From: Bacteroidales bacterium UBA3834 | GTDB taxonomy: Bacteria > Bacteroidota > Bacteroidia > Bacteroidales > P3 | Direction of reading: 5' to 3' | DNA: 64,000 nt | Assembly (NCBI GenBank): GCA_002392965.1 | Contig: DGIA01000010.1 | Coordinates: 65,722 to 129,721 of the forward strand | Program-made: the position numbers and the translations under genes | Notes under the pieces: model-generated | Seen by the model: the letters and a program-made list of their open reading frames with translations, nothing else | Databases searched by the model: none | What the model was told of the DNA's origin: nothing | Shown: piece by piece, positions 38,219-46,073 of the stretch | Layout of the letters: every line of letters begins with the position of its first letter | Position numbering within the stretch: the stretch's first letter is position 1

Positions 38219-39094
38219 ATGAGCAAATCCACCCATCCTTTTATGCAATTGCTGGTCATGTTGGCTATGTCGCTCGGCATGCTCGTCGTGGTCAGTCTTC
38301 CCGAAGTGGTGCTTGTCGCTATGGGGGTCGATGTGATGTCGCGCCCCGTTCTGATGTGGACCCAGGCTGTCACACAGTTGCTTACCTTTCTTGTGCCGGT
38401 CGTCTTGATGACGATTATCTACTATCGAGGCCGCCAGCGCGAATATTACCGGCTGGAGTTCGGCGCCCGGAAGTGGTACTATGCCCTGACGGGTGTCGTG
38501 GTGATGTTGCTGGTGGTGCCTGTAAACGACTGGCTCATGGTGTGGAATGATTCGTGGAACCTTGGTCGGGTGGGGGAATTGCTCCGCTCGCTTCAAGATG
38601 CGACAGAAGGCGTTCTTGAGCAGATTATGGGAACCGACAGCGTTGGCGGTTTGGTCGCCAACCTGGTGGTTGTGGCCTTGCTGCCTGCTGTGTGCGAGGA
38701 AGTCTTCTTCCGTGCCGGCATCCAGAATTTGTTGCAGCGCTGGTTCTCCGCCGACGGGCGTAAGCCTTGGGGTACTCATGTGGCTGTATGGGTGACTGCC
38801 TTGATTTTCAGTCTTGGACATGGGGAGCTCTTCTCATTCATGCCTCGCTTGGTATTGGGTGCGGTGTTGGGTTACCTTTATGTCGGCAGCGGTTCCATCC
38901 TGCCCAATATGCTGGCTCACTTTTTCAACAACGCTTTGGTGGTGGTGCTCTACTGGCTAGTGGCACGCGGGGGGCTCGACATCGATCCGGAAGCCCCGCT
39001 GGCTGTCGGCGGGTTACTCACCGCCTGTTGCACCTTTGCCGCTGTGGCGGTGTTTGTCGTAACATTTGGTAAAAAACTAAAAATTAGCCGATAG
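38219..39094 (+). CDS. CPBP-family intramembrane glutamic endopeptidase (CAAX protease-like)
   Basis: Multi-pass membrane protein with motifs EEVFFRAG, FSLGHG and HFFNN. Confidence 0.8.
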   Translation: MSKSTHPFMQLLVMLAMSLGMLVVVSLPEVVLVAMGVDVMSRPVLMWTQAVTQLLTFLVPVVLMTIIYYRGRQREYYRLEFGARKWYYALTGVVVMLLVVPVNDWLMVWNDSWNLGRVGELLRSLQDATEGVLEQIMGTDSVGGLVANLVVVALLPAVCEEVFFRAGIQNLLQRWFSADGRKPWGTHVAVWVTALIFSLGHGELFSFMPRLVLGAVLGYLYVGSGSILPNMLAHFFNNALVVVLYWLVARGGLDIDPEAPLAVGGLLTACCTFAAVAVFVVTFGKKLKISR

Positions 39095-39252
39095 AGAGGC
39101 GGCCGCAAGGTGCCCGAACGGGGGAAAGGAATGTAAAATAAAGAAAAAAAAGAGTTGTTGCAATTGGGTGAAATTTAGTTGGTTGGATGTGTGTGAAATG
39201 TTAAAATGGAGGGAAATGAAAAAAAAATAATTTCCATTTGAAAAAAAAGTAT

Positions 39253-39260
39253 TAATTTTG
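39253..39260 (+). promoter_or_regulatory. -7 box (TAATTTTG) upstream of the HU gene
   Basis: Exact match 53 nt upstream of ATG 39314, preceded by A-tracts. Confidence 0.55.
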
Positions 39261-39313
39261 CAGTCCGATTTTGTTTGAAAAACAAGTTAGTAACATTAAA
39301 AATAACAGAAAAA

Positions 39314-39598
39314 ATGACAAAGGCAGAAATCGTAGCTGAAATAGCTCAGAAAACCGGTATCGAGAAAGTTGCCATCCAGGCTACCGTCGAGGAGTTCATG
39401 ACTGTCATCAAAGAGAGCCTCTCCGAGGGTGAGAACGTCTATCTGCGTGGTTTTGGTAGCTTCATCGTGAAGAAACGTGCTGAGAAGACTGGCCGTAACA
39501 TCAGCAAGAACACCACCATCATCATCCCGGCCCACAACATCCCCGCTTTCAAGCCCGCCAAGACTTTCATGCAGGATGTGAAAAAGAAAGTGAAATAA
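39314..39598 (+). CDS. hup: HU-family DNA-binding protein
   Basis: MTKAEIVAEIAQKTG...V.LRGFGSF.VKKRAEK.GRNI..N....IPAH..P.FKP. Start set at ATG 39314 (94 aa). Confidence 0.92.
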   Translation: MTKAEIVAEIAQKTGIEKVAIQATVEEFMTVIKESLSEGENVYLRGFGSFIVKKRAEKTGRNISKNTTIIIPAHNIPAFKPAKTFMQDVKKKVK

Positions 39599-39620
39599 GT
39601 TTTTTAAATAGTCATTAGCA

Positions 39621-39710
39621 ATGCCTAACGGAAAAAAGCATAAACGTCACAAAATGTCCACGCACAAGCGTAAAAAACGCCTGCGCAAGAACAGACATAA
39701 GAAGAAATAA
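39621..39710 (+). CDS. 29-aa highly basic peptide, possibly ribosomal protein bS22-like
   Basis: Not in the ORF track because it is too short. ATG at 39621 to TAA at 39708-39710 encodes MPNGKKHKRHKMSTHKRKKRLRKNRHKKK. A long hairpin terminator follows. The KR.K.MS..K..K.LR..R pattern resembles mycobacterial bS22 as I remember it. Confidence 0.45.
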   Translation: MPNGKKHKRHKMSTHKRKKRLRKNRHKKK

Positions 39711-39760
39711 GGTCTGATTCTGTTTGACAGGACAGACGACATTTCTTCACCTAAAGACTA

Positions 39761-39810
39761 AAACAAATTACACACCACCTGTCACGGGTTGGTATGTAGT
39801 TTGTTTTTTA
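39761..39810 (+). terminator. Long hairpin plus T-run downstream of HU and the small basic ORF
   Basis: AAACAAATTACACACCA ... TGGTATGTAGTTTGTTT is a 17-nt stem with one mismatch and one G-U pair, followed by TTTTTATT. Confidence 0.7.
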
Positions 39811-39843
39811 TTGTGTGTTTGAACTAGAGGAAACTGATTTTAA

Positions 39844-41397
39844 GTGGAAAAAGAACTCATTATATCGCGTCAGGAAGATGGCGTGCAGATAGCCCTTACC
39901 GAGGATAAACGTCTGGTGGAGTTGCATAAGGAGCAGCCCGGAGGACAATTCGCCGTGGGTGACATCTATTTTGGCAAGGTCAAGAAAATCATGCAGGGCC
40001 TCAATGCCGCCTTTGTTGATATAGGTGGCGACAAAGAGGGTTTTATGCACTATCTTGATCTTGGCCCCGATTATAACTCCGTGGATAAGTACCTACGGTT
40101 GGCCATGAATGGCGACAAAGGTGCTGCCACGTTGTCCAACTTCAAGATTGAACCTGTGTTGGAAAAGGTGGGCAATTTCGGCAATGTGTTGAAGGTGGGA
40201 CAGCCCATCCTTGTACAAGTAACCAAAGAGCCCATATCCACCAAAGGCCCCAAGGTGACTGGTGACATCAGCATTGCAGGTCATTATCTGGTACTTACAC
40301 CTTTCAGCAACAAGATATCCATCTCGCAGAAAATCAAAGGTTCGGAGGAACGTAACCGTCTGCGCCGTCTGATGCAGAGCATACGACCGCAGAATTTTGG
40401 AGTCATTGTCCGCACCGTTGCCGAGGGTAGAAGTGTGGCTGAGCTTGATGCCGACTTGCGTCAGTTGATGGACTGCTGGAAGCAAATGTCTGAGAAACTC
40501 AAGCATGTCAGCGCCCCATGCAAAGTGCACGCCGAGCTTGATACAACCTCGGCATTGTTGCGTGATGTGCTGACCGATGATTTCTCCAGCATCTATGTCG
40601 ATGACGCCGCTCTCTGTGAGGAGGTGCGCCGTGCAGTCAAGGTGATGGCACCAGGCAAGGAGGATATGGTGAAACACTACAAGATGGAGACTCCCATCTT
40701 CGAGCAGTTTGGTGTACAGCGTGATATCCGACGTGCTTTCGGCCGCATAGTGACCATTCGCTCCGGAGTCTATCTCTATATAGAGCATACCGAGGCCATG
40801 CATGTCATCGATGTCAACAGCGGCAACCATATCAAGGCTGGAAGCGGTCAGGAAGACACGGCTCTGCAGGTGAACATCGAGAGCGGTATCGAGATTGCCC
40901 GCCAGTTGCGTTTGCGTGACATGGGCGGCATTGTTATCATCGATTTCATCGACATGGACAAGGCCGAGAACCGCAAGAAACTGTTCGACGTGATGACCGA
41001 AGCCATGCGCCCCGACAAAGCCCGTCATACCATATTGCCTCTGAGTAAATTTGGTTTGATGCAGATCACTCGTCAGCGCGTACGTCCTGCGATGGAGGTC
41101 GATGTACAGGAGAAGTGCCCCATGTGTGACGGTACAGGACATATCAAGCAGAGTATGGTGGTGGTGGATGAAATAGAGGCTTCTTTGAGACATCTTGCCA
41201 CCGCCCAGCAGGAACGACATCTGACGCTCATCACGCACCCCTATATTTATGCCTATCTCACCAAAGGGTGGCTCAAAAGCCCTTACCGTCGCTGGCAACG
41301 GGCTTATCATGTACGTCTCAAGATGAAACAGTCGGAGAAGTACGGATTGTTGGAGTTCAGGTTCTTCCATGGCAATGGCGATGAGATACAGATGTAA
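39844..41397 (+). CDS. rng: Ribonuclease G / RNase E-G family endoribonuclease
   Basis: S1 domain (GDIYFGKVKKIMQGLNAAFVDIG), catalytic block DVNSG and IIIDFIDM. 517 aa with a GTG start. Confidence 0.9.
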   Translation: MEKELIISRQEDGVQIALTEDKRLVELHKEQPGGQFAVGDIYFGKVKKIMQGLNAAFVDIGGDKEGFMHYLDLGPDYNSVDKYLRLAMNGDKGAATLSNFKIEPVLEKVGNFGNVLKVGQPILVQVTKEPISTKGPKVTGDISIAGHYLVLTPFSNKISISQKIKGSEERNRLRRLMQSIRPQNFGVIVRTVAEGRSVAELDADLRQLMDCWKQMSEKLKHVSAPCKVHAELDTTSALLRDVLTDDFSSIYVDDAALCEEVRRAVKVMAPGKEDMVKHYKMETPIFEQFGVQRDIRRAFGRIVTIRSGVYLYIEHTEAMHVIDVNSGNHIKAGSGQEDTALQVNIESGIEIARQLRLRDMGGIVIIDFIDMDKAENRKKLFDVMTEAMRPDKARHTILPLSKFGLMQITRQRVRPAMEVDVQEKCPMCDGTGHIKQSMVVVDEIEASLRHLATAQQERHLTLITHPYIYAYLTKGWLKSPYRRWQRAYHVRLKMKQSEKYGLLEFRFFHGNGDEIQM

Positions 41398-42133
41398 TAA
41401 AAGGAGATGTGAGAGGTTAGGGGTGAAAAGATGCTATATTATAGTGTCCTTTTTGCTCATTGTTTTTCACTTGTCGTCTAATACCGTTCAAGCACAGGTA
41501 CGCACCCGCGGCATCGATGTGTCTAAATTCCAGGGTACTGTGAACTGGACCAAGGTGGCCAAGGATTCGACCATAAAGTTTGTCTATATCCGCGCTACAG
41601 AAGGCACTTCGATACAGGATGCCTACTACAAGACCAACCTTACCAAGGCCAAGAAGGCAGGCCTGCTGGTGGGTAGTTATCATGTCTATAGCAGCAAAAC
41701 CACGGCTTACCAACAGATGGCCAACATGCGTAAGATGGTGAAGAAGAGTGAACAAGATCTTGTTCCTGTGCTTGATATCGAAGGACATCATTCAGGACGT
41801 CTCTATATGGAGCGTGTCGATAAACTGCTGGAGCTTATGGAGCGGGAGTATGGTGTGAAGCCGATGATTTACACTTCCGAGAAGGTCTATAAAACCCATT
41901 TTGCGATAAAGAAATATTCCAAGTATCATATCTTCATCGCCAATTACCGAGGGTATCCTACCACACGTTTTACCTTGTGGCAATATACCGAAAAGGGGCA
42001 TTGCAATGGAATCTCAGGTTTTGTGGATTTCAACCGTTTCCACCGCAACCACAGCCTCAGTGACATCAAAATGCCGAAGCCTAAGAAGAAAACTGCAGCT
42101 ACGGATAGCACTGCCACTACAGCGGGAAAATAA
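41369..42133 (+). CDS. GH25 lysozyme (muramidase), secreted
   Basis: RGIDVSKFQG.VNW..V and FVYIRATEG are typical GH25 N-terminal catalytic blocks. Signal-like IIVSFLLIVFHLSSNTVQAQ. Start is uncertain: ATGs at 41369-41381 overlap the rng 3' end, and GTG 41423 is also possible. Confidence 0.8.
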   Translation: MAMAMRYRCNKRRCERLGVKRCYIIVSFLLIVFHLSSNTVQAQVRTRGIDVSKFQGTVNWTKVAKDSTIKFVYIRATEGTSIQDAYYKTNLTKAKKAGLLVGSYHVYSSKTTAYQQMANMRKMVKKSEQDLVPVLDIEGHHSGRLYMERVDKLLELMEREYGVKPMIYTSEKVYKTHFAIKKYSKYHIFIANYRGYPTTRFTLWQYTEKGHCNGISGFVDFNRFHRNHSLSDIKMPKPKKKTAATDSTATTAGK

Positions 42134-42342
42134 AGAAGGTCGGCCTTAAGGATGGTTGTTTGAGACGAGCTTTTTGAGGTTGAAATGATGTTATTCTCGG
42201 CATTATGAATGTCTGGAATGAGTTTAAGTGTTATGTTAATTCTGCTGATTTCAAGCTGACGCCAACACTTCAAAATGGAGTGTATTTGAGGTGTTTTTGT
42301 GAAATTGGATTACTTTTTTGTTTAGTATTGTAAAAAAAGTTG

Positions 42343-42350
42343 TATTTTTG
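42343..42350 (+). promoter_or_regulatory. -7 box (TATTTTTG) upstream of kamD
   Basis: Exact match 49 nt upstream of ATG 42400. A TTTG at 42317-42320 sits in the -33 position. Confidence 0.6.
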
Positions 42351-42399
42351 CAGTTCCAAATTATGGTGCAAAAACGATAAACTAACAATACGAATTACA

Positions 42400-43956
42400 A
42401 TGCAGAAAAGTAAAGTAGGACTTGATTTTACGGAAGTTGAGCATGCTCGTTCGGTGGCAAAAAAGATTGCCGGACAGGTGCAGGACTTCGTGGAAGACTA
42501 CACTACCGTGGCTGTGGAGCGTACATTGTGCCGCTTCCTCGGCATCGACGGTGTTGATGAAAACGAGGTTCCCATGCCCAATGTTGTGGTGGAAGAGTTG
42601 AAGAGCAAAGGATTGCTCGGCGAAGGAGTGATGTTTTATGTGGGCAACGCGATGGTGGAAACCGGCAAGAATCCGCAGGAAATAGCGGAGGCCATCGCTG
42701 TTGGTAAGCTGGATATCACCAAGCTGCCTGTCCATTCGAAAGCAGAGATTGACAAGGCTTTGCAGCCGGTGATTGAGAAGACCATAGAGCGAGTGAGGGG
42801 AAACCGACTGCGTCGAGAGAAATACATTGAGACTATCGGCGAGGGCTCCAAGCCCTATCTCTACATCATTGTCGCTACAGGCAACATCTATGAGGATGTG
42901 GTGCAGGCCCAAGCCGGTGCCCGTCAAGGTGCCGACATTATCGCCGTCATACGCACCACGGGTCAGTCGCTGCTTGATTACGTGCCCTATGGTGCCACCA
43001 CCGAAGGCTTTGGCGGCACTTTCGCTACTCAGGAAAACTTCCGCATCATGCGCAAGGCTCTTGATGAGGTCGGCGAGGAGGTGGGACGCTACATCCGCCT
43101 CTGCAACTACTGCTCGGGTCTTTGCATGCCGGAAATCGCCGCCATGGGTGCACTCGAAGGCCTCGACGTGATGCTCAACGATGCACTCTACGGCATCCTG
43201 TTCCGCGACATCAACATGCAGCGTACGCTGATTGACCAATATTTCAGCCGCATAATCAATGGATTTGCGGGTGTGATTATCAATACCGGTGAGGATAACT
43301 ACCTGACCACCGCCGATGCCTATGAAGAGGCTCATACGGTGTTGGCATCGGACTTCATCAACGAGCAGTTGGCCTTTATGGCAGGTCTTCCCAGCGAACA
43401 GCAGGGGCTTGGCCATGCCTTTGAAATGGATCCTATGCTCGAGAACGGGTTCCTTTACGAGCTGGCACAGGCTCAGATGCTGCGTGAGATATTCCCCAAC
43501 GCACCGCTGAAATACATGCCGCCTACCAAGTTTATGACCGGCAATATCTTCCGCGGACATATTCAGGATGCATTGTTCAATATCATTGGTCAGTGGACCC
43601 ATCAGGGACTGCAGCTGCTGGGTATGCCCACCGAGGCTATCCACACCCCCTTCATGAGTGACCGTTATTTGAGTATCGAAAACGCTAAGTATATCTTCAA
43701 CAACATGAAGGATATCGGCGAGGAGGTGGAGTTCAAGGATGGCGGCATCATCAAGAACCGTGCACAGAAAGTGTTGCACGACGCCACCAAGCTGCTTGAA
43801 GCCATGGAGAGCGAAGGCCTATTCACCGCACTGGAGAAGGGTATTTTCGCCAATGTGAAGCGTCCGAAGAATGGAGGCAAAGGCCTCGACGGTGTCACTC
43901 TTAAGGGTGAGCATTATTTTAACCCGTTTGTTGAACTTATGAAAGGAAGGAAATAA
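42400..43956 (+). CDS. kamD: D-lysine 5,6-aminomutase alpha subunit
   Basis: Near-colinear with the Clostridium sticklandii KamD sequence as I remember it. Shared blocks: VIRTTGQSLLDYVPYGATTEGFGGT.ATQENFR.MR.ALD, RLCNYCSGLCMPEIAAMGA, INTGEDNYLTTADA.EEAHTVLAS. Start set at ATG 42400, after the -7 box. Confidence 0.92.
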   Translation: MQKSKVGLDFTEVEHARSVAKKIAGQVQDFVEDYTTVAVERTLCRFLGIDGVDENEVPMPNVVVEELKSKGLLGEGVMFYVGNAMVETGKNPQEIAEAIAVGKLDITKLPVHSKAEIDKALQPVIEKTIERVRGNRLRREKYIETIGEGSKPYLYIIVATGNIYEDVVQAQAGARQGADIIAVIRTTGQSLLDYVPYGATTEGFGGTFATQENFRIMRKALDEVGEEVGRYIRLCNYCSGLCMPEIAAMGALEGLDVMLNDALYGILFRDINMQRTLIDQYFSRIINGFAGVIINTGEDNYLTTADAYEEAHTVLASDFINEQLAFMAGLPSEQQGLGHAFEMDPMLENGFLYELAQAQMLREIFPNAPLKYMPPTKFMTGNIFRGHIQDALFNIIGQWTHQGLQLLGMPTEAIHTPFMSDRYLSIENAKYIFNNMKDIGEEVEFKDGGIIKNRAQKVLHDATKLLEAMESEGLFTALEKGIFANVKRPKNGGKGLDGVTLKGEHYFNPFVELMKGRK

Positions 43957-43958
43957 AG

Positions 43959-44747
43959 ATGAGCGAAGGATTGTATTCGATGGAGGCAAAGGACTATGAC
44001 AAAACCCTTGACCTCACCAAGATAAAGCCGTATGGCGACACTATGAACGACGGTAAGGTGCAGTTGAGCTTCACCCTGCCGGTGCCTGCGGGTGCAGAAG
44101 CCGAAGAGGCAGCCAAGCAGTTGCTGAAAAAAATGGGTTTCGAAAATCCCCTGGTTGTCTATCAGAAGGAACTGACAGCAGGCTTCTGTTTCATGAACTG
44201 TTACGGTTCACTGACCCATACTGTGGATTATACCAGCATTCATGTGCCCAAAGTGGAATCGACTACTATGGATATGCATGAGTGTGACGAATATATCCGT
44301 GAGCACATAGGCCGAAAGATAGTTATTGTTGGAGCCTCGACGGGTACCGATGCCCACACGGTGGGTATCGATGCCATTATGAACATGAAAGGTTATGCCG
44401 GCCACTATGGGCTGGAGCGCTATGACATGATTGACGCCTACAATCTCGGCAGCCAGGTTCCCAATGAGGAGTTTATCGCCAAGGGTATCGAGCTGCATGC
44501 TGATGCCTTGATAGTCAGTCAGACCGTTACCCAGAAAGATGTTCATATCAAGAACCTCACCGAGTTGGTTGAGATGCTTGAAGCTGAAGGTCTGCGAGAC
44601 AAGGTAATTCTCATCTGCGGAGGTCCCCGTATCAGCCATGAGCTGGCTAAGGAACTGGGATATGATGCAGGTTTCGGCCCCAATACTTTTGCCGATGACG
44701 AGGCTTCATACATTGCCCAGGAAATGGTTGCACGCGGCTGGAAATAA
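43959..44747 (+). CDS. kamE: D-lysine 5,6-aminomutase beta subunit (B12-binding)
   Basis: 262 aa. Cobalamin DxHxxG motif (TDAHTVGIDAI). Lies 2 nt after kamD. Confidence 0.9.
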   Translation: MSEGLYSMEAKDYDKTLDLTKIKPYGDTMNDGKVQLSFTLPVPAGAEAEEAAKQLLKKMGFENPLVVYQKELTAGFCFMNCYGSLTHTVDYTSIHVPKVESTTMDMHECDEYIREHIGRKIVIVGASTGTDAHTVGIDAIMNMKGYAGHYGLERYDMIDAYNLGSQVPNEEFIAKGIELHADALIVSQTVTQKDVHIKNLTELVEMLEAEGLRDKVILICGGPRISHELAKELGYDAGFGPNTFADDEASYIAQEMVARGWK

Positions 44748-44804
44748 GGCTGCTGTAACGGCATTTAATCTGATAACAAGACAACGTAATAAACAACTAT
44801 AACA

Positions 44805-45464
44805 ATGGAAAAAGAACAAATTAAACCCTTTATTGCCAAACGTGCGGCTCAGGAATTGCACGACGGCGATGTCGTCAACCTTGGTATCGGTCTTCCGACC
44901 TTGATTCCCAACTATCTGCCAGCCGGCGTGAAAGTCGTGCTTCAGAGTGAGAACGGCATGATTGGCATGGGACCCACCCCCGAAGAAGGTAAGGAAGACC
45001 CCTGGTTTATTAACGCGGGTGGTGGATTTGTGACACCGGTCGAGGGAGCTTCGACTTTTGACAGTGCCACTTCTTTCGGCATTATCCGTGGCGGTCACGT
45101 TGATGTGAGTGTTCTTGGCGCCATGCAGGTGGATGAAGAGGGTGACTTGGCCAATTGGATGATTCCTGGCAAGAAAACCCCTGGTATGGGTGGCGCCATG
45201 GACCTTCTGGTGGGTGCTAAAAAGGTTATCCTTGCCATGGAACATACCGCCAAGGGCAATCCCAAGATCTTGAAAAAATGCACGCTGCCTTTGACTGCCA
45301 AAGGACAGGTGAATATGATTATCACGGAGATGGGTGTCATGGAAATTACCCCCAAGGGTATTGTTCTAACCGAAATCAATCCCGAGTTCACCGTCGAACA
45401 GGTGCAAGCTGCCACTGAGGCAACGCTGATTATCAGCCCTGATTTGAAAAAGATGAATGCTTGA
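44805..45464 (+). CDS. 3-oxoacid / acetoacetate CoA-transferase subunit B
   Basis: 219 aa. GDVVNLGIGLPT, SENG (catalytic Glu) and GMGGAMDL motifs of AtoA/ScoB. No subunit A gene in the window. Confidence 0.9.
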   Translation: MEKEQIKPFIAKRAAQELHDGDVVNLGIGLPTLIPNYLPAGVKVVLQSENGMIGMGPTPEEGKEDPWFINAGGGFVTPVEGASTFDSATSFGIIRGGHVDVSVLGAMQVDEEGDLANWMIPGKKTPGMGGAMDLLVGAKKVILAMEHTAKGNPKILKKCTLPLTAKGQVNMIITEMGVMEITPKGIVLTEINPEFTVEQVQAATEATLIISPDLKKMNA

Positions 45465-45465
45465 T

Positions 45466-46071
45466 ATGAAAAAGATTTTCATGGTTGCTGTTGCACTGCT
45501 GTGTCTGTCGGGCACAGCAGTGGCGCAGCGCCACATTGAATTCCGTTGGCACGGTATTTATCTTGTGGGCGATGTGACCTACGGTATGAATGTGAACCGT
45601 GCGGTAGGGGAGGGGTGTATGGTCGGTGATACATTGTCGGCTATTATGCCCACATTCACGGCGGGTTACCAGTTCCGTAAGGAAGCAGGTGTCGGCCTGG
45701 GTTTCAGTTATGTGGCTGATCCGACAGGTGCCTATACCCAGATGCCTCTCTTTGTTGAGTTGCGAAGTCATTATTTGCGTAGTCGCCTGACTCCTTATAC
45801 TGTCATGCAGGTGGGCTACACTTTGCCTCTCGGTTTGTCTTCGCAGCCCAACCCTATTAGCAACAAGATAGAAGAGGGTGGCCTGTATGTGGGTTTCGAA
45901 GTAGGCGGACGTTATGCTATTAGCCGTTCAACGGCCATTGCTGTTCATGCATCCTACCGTCTTCTGCAGTCGAATAGTGTGATTCGCAGCATGGAAGGGG
46001 TTTCTTTGCTGGCAGACCCCGTGGTACTCCATGTGGTGGGTGGCGGTATGTCATTCTATTTTGGTAATTAA
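45466..46071 (+). CDS. Small outer-membrane beta-barrel protein (porin-family-like)
   Basis: Signal peptide MKKIFMVAVALLCLSGTAVAQ. About 200 aa with alternating strands and a C-terminal aromatic residue (SFYFGN). Lies 1 nt after the preceding gene. Confidence 0.6.
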   Translation: MKKIFMVAVALLCLSGTAVAQRHIEFRWHGIYLVGDVTYGMNVNRAVGEGCMVGDTLSAIMPTFTAGYQFRKEAGVGLGFSYVADPTGAYTQMPLFVELRSHYLRSRLTPYTVMQVGYTLPLGLSSQPNPISNKIEEGGLYVGFEVGGRYAISRSTAIAVHASYRLLQSNSVIRSMEGVSLLADPVVLHVVGGGMSFYFGN

Positions 46072-46073
46072 TC

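Noticed and set aside
41369-42133. The GH25 lysozyme as evidence of a prophage.
   Set aside because: It is a single secreted muramidase with no adjacent holin, portal, terminase, tail or integrase genes. Its flanks are housekeeping genes (rng and kamD).
42134-42399. A cobalamin or lysine riboswitch ahead of the B12-dependent kamDE genes.
   Set aside because: The predicted 5' UTR is only about 45 nt after the -7 box. I saw no B12-box or L-box-like conserved core by eye. An Infernal scan would be decisive.
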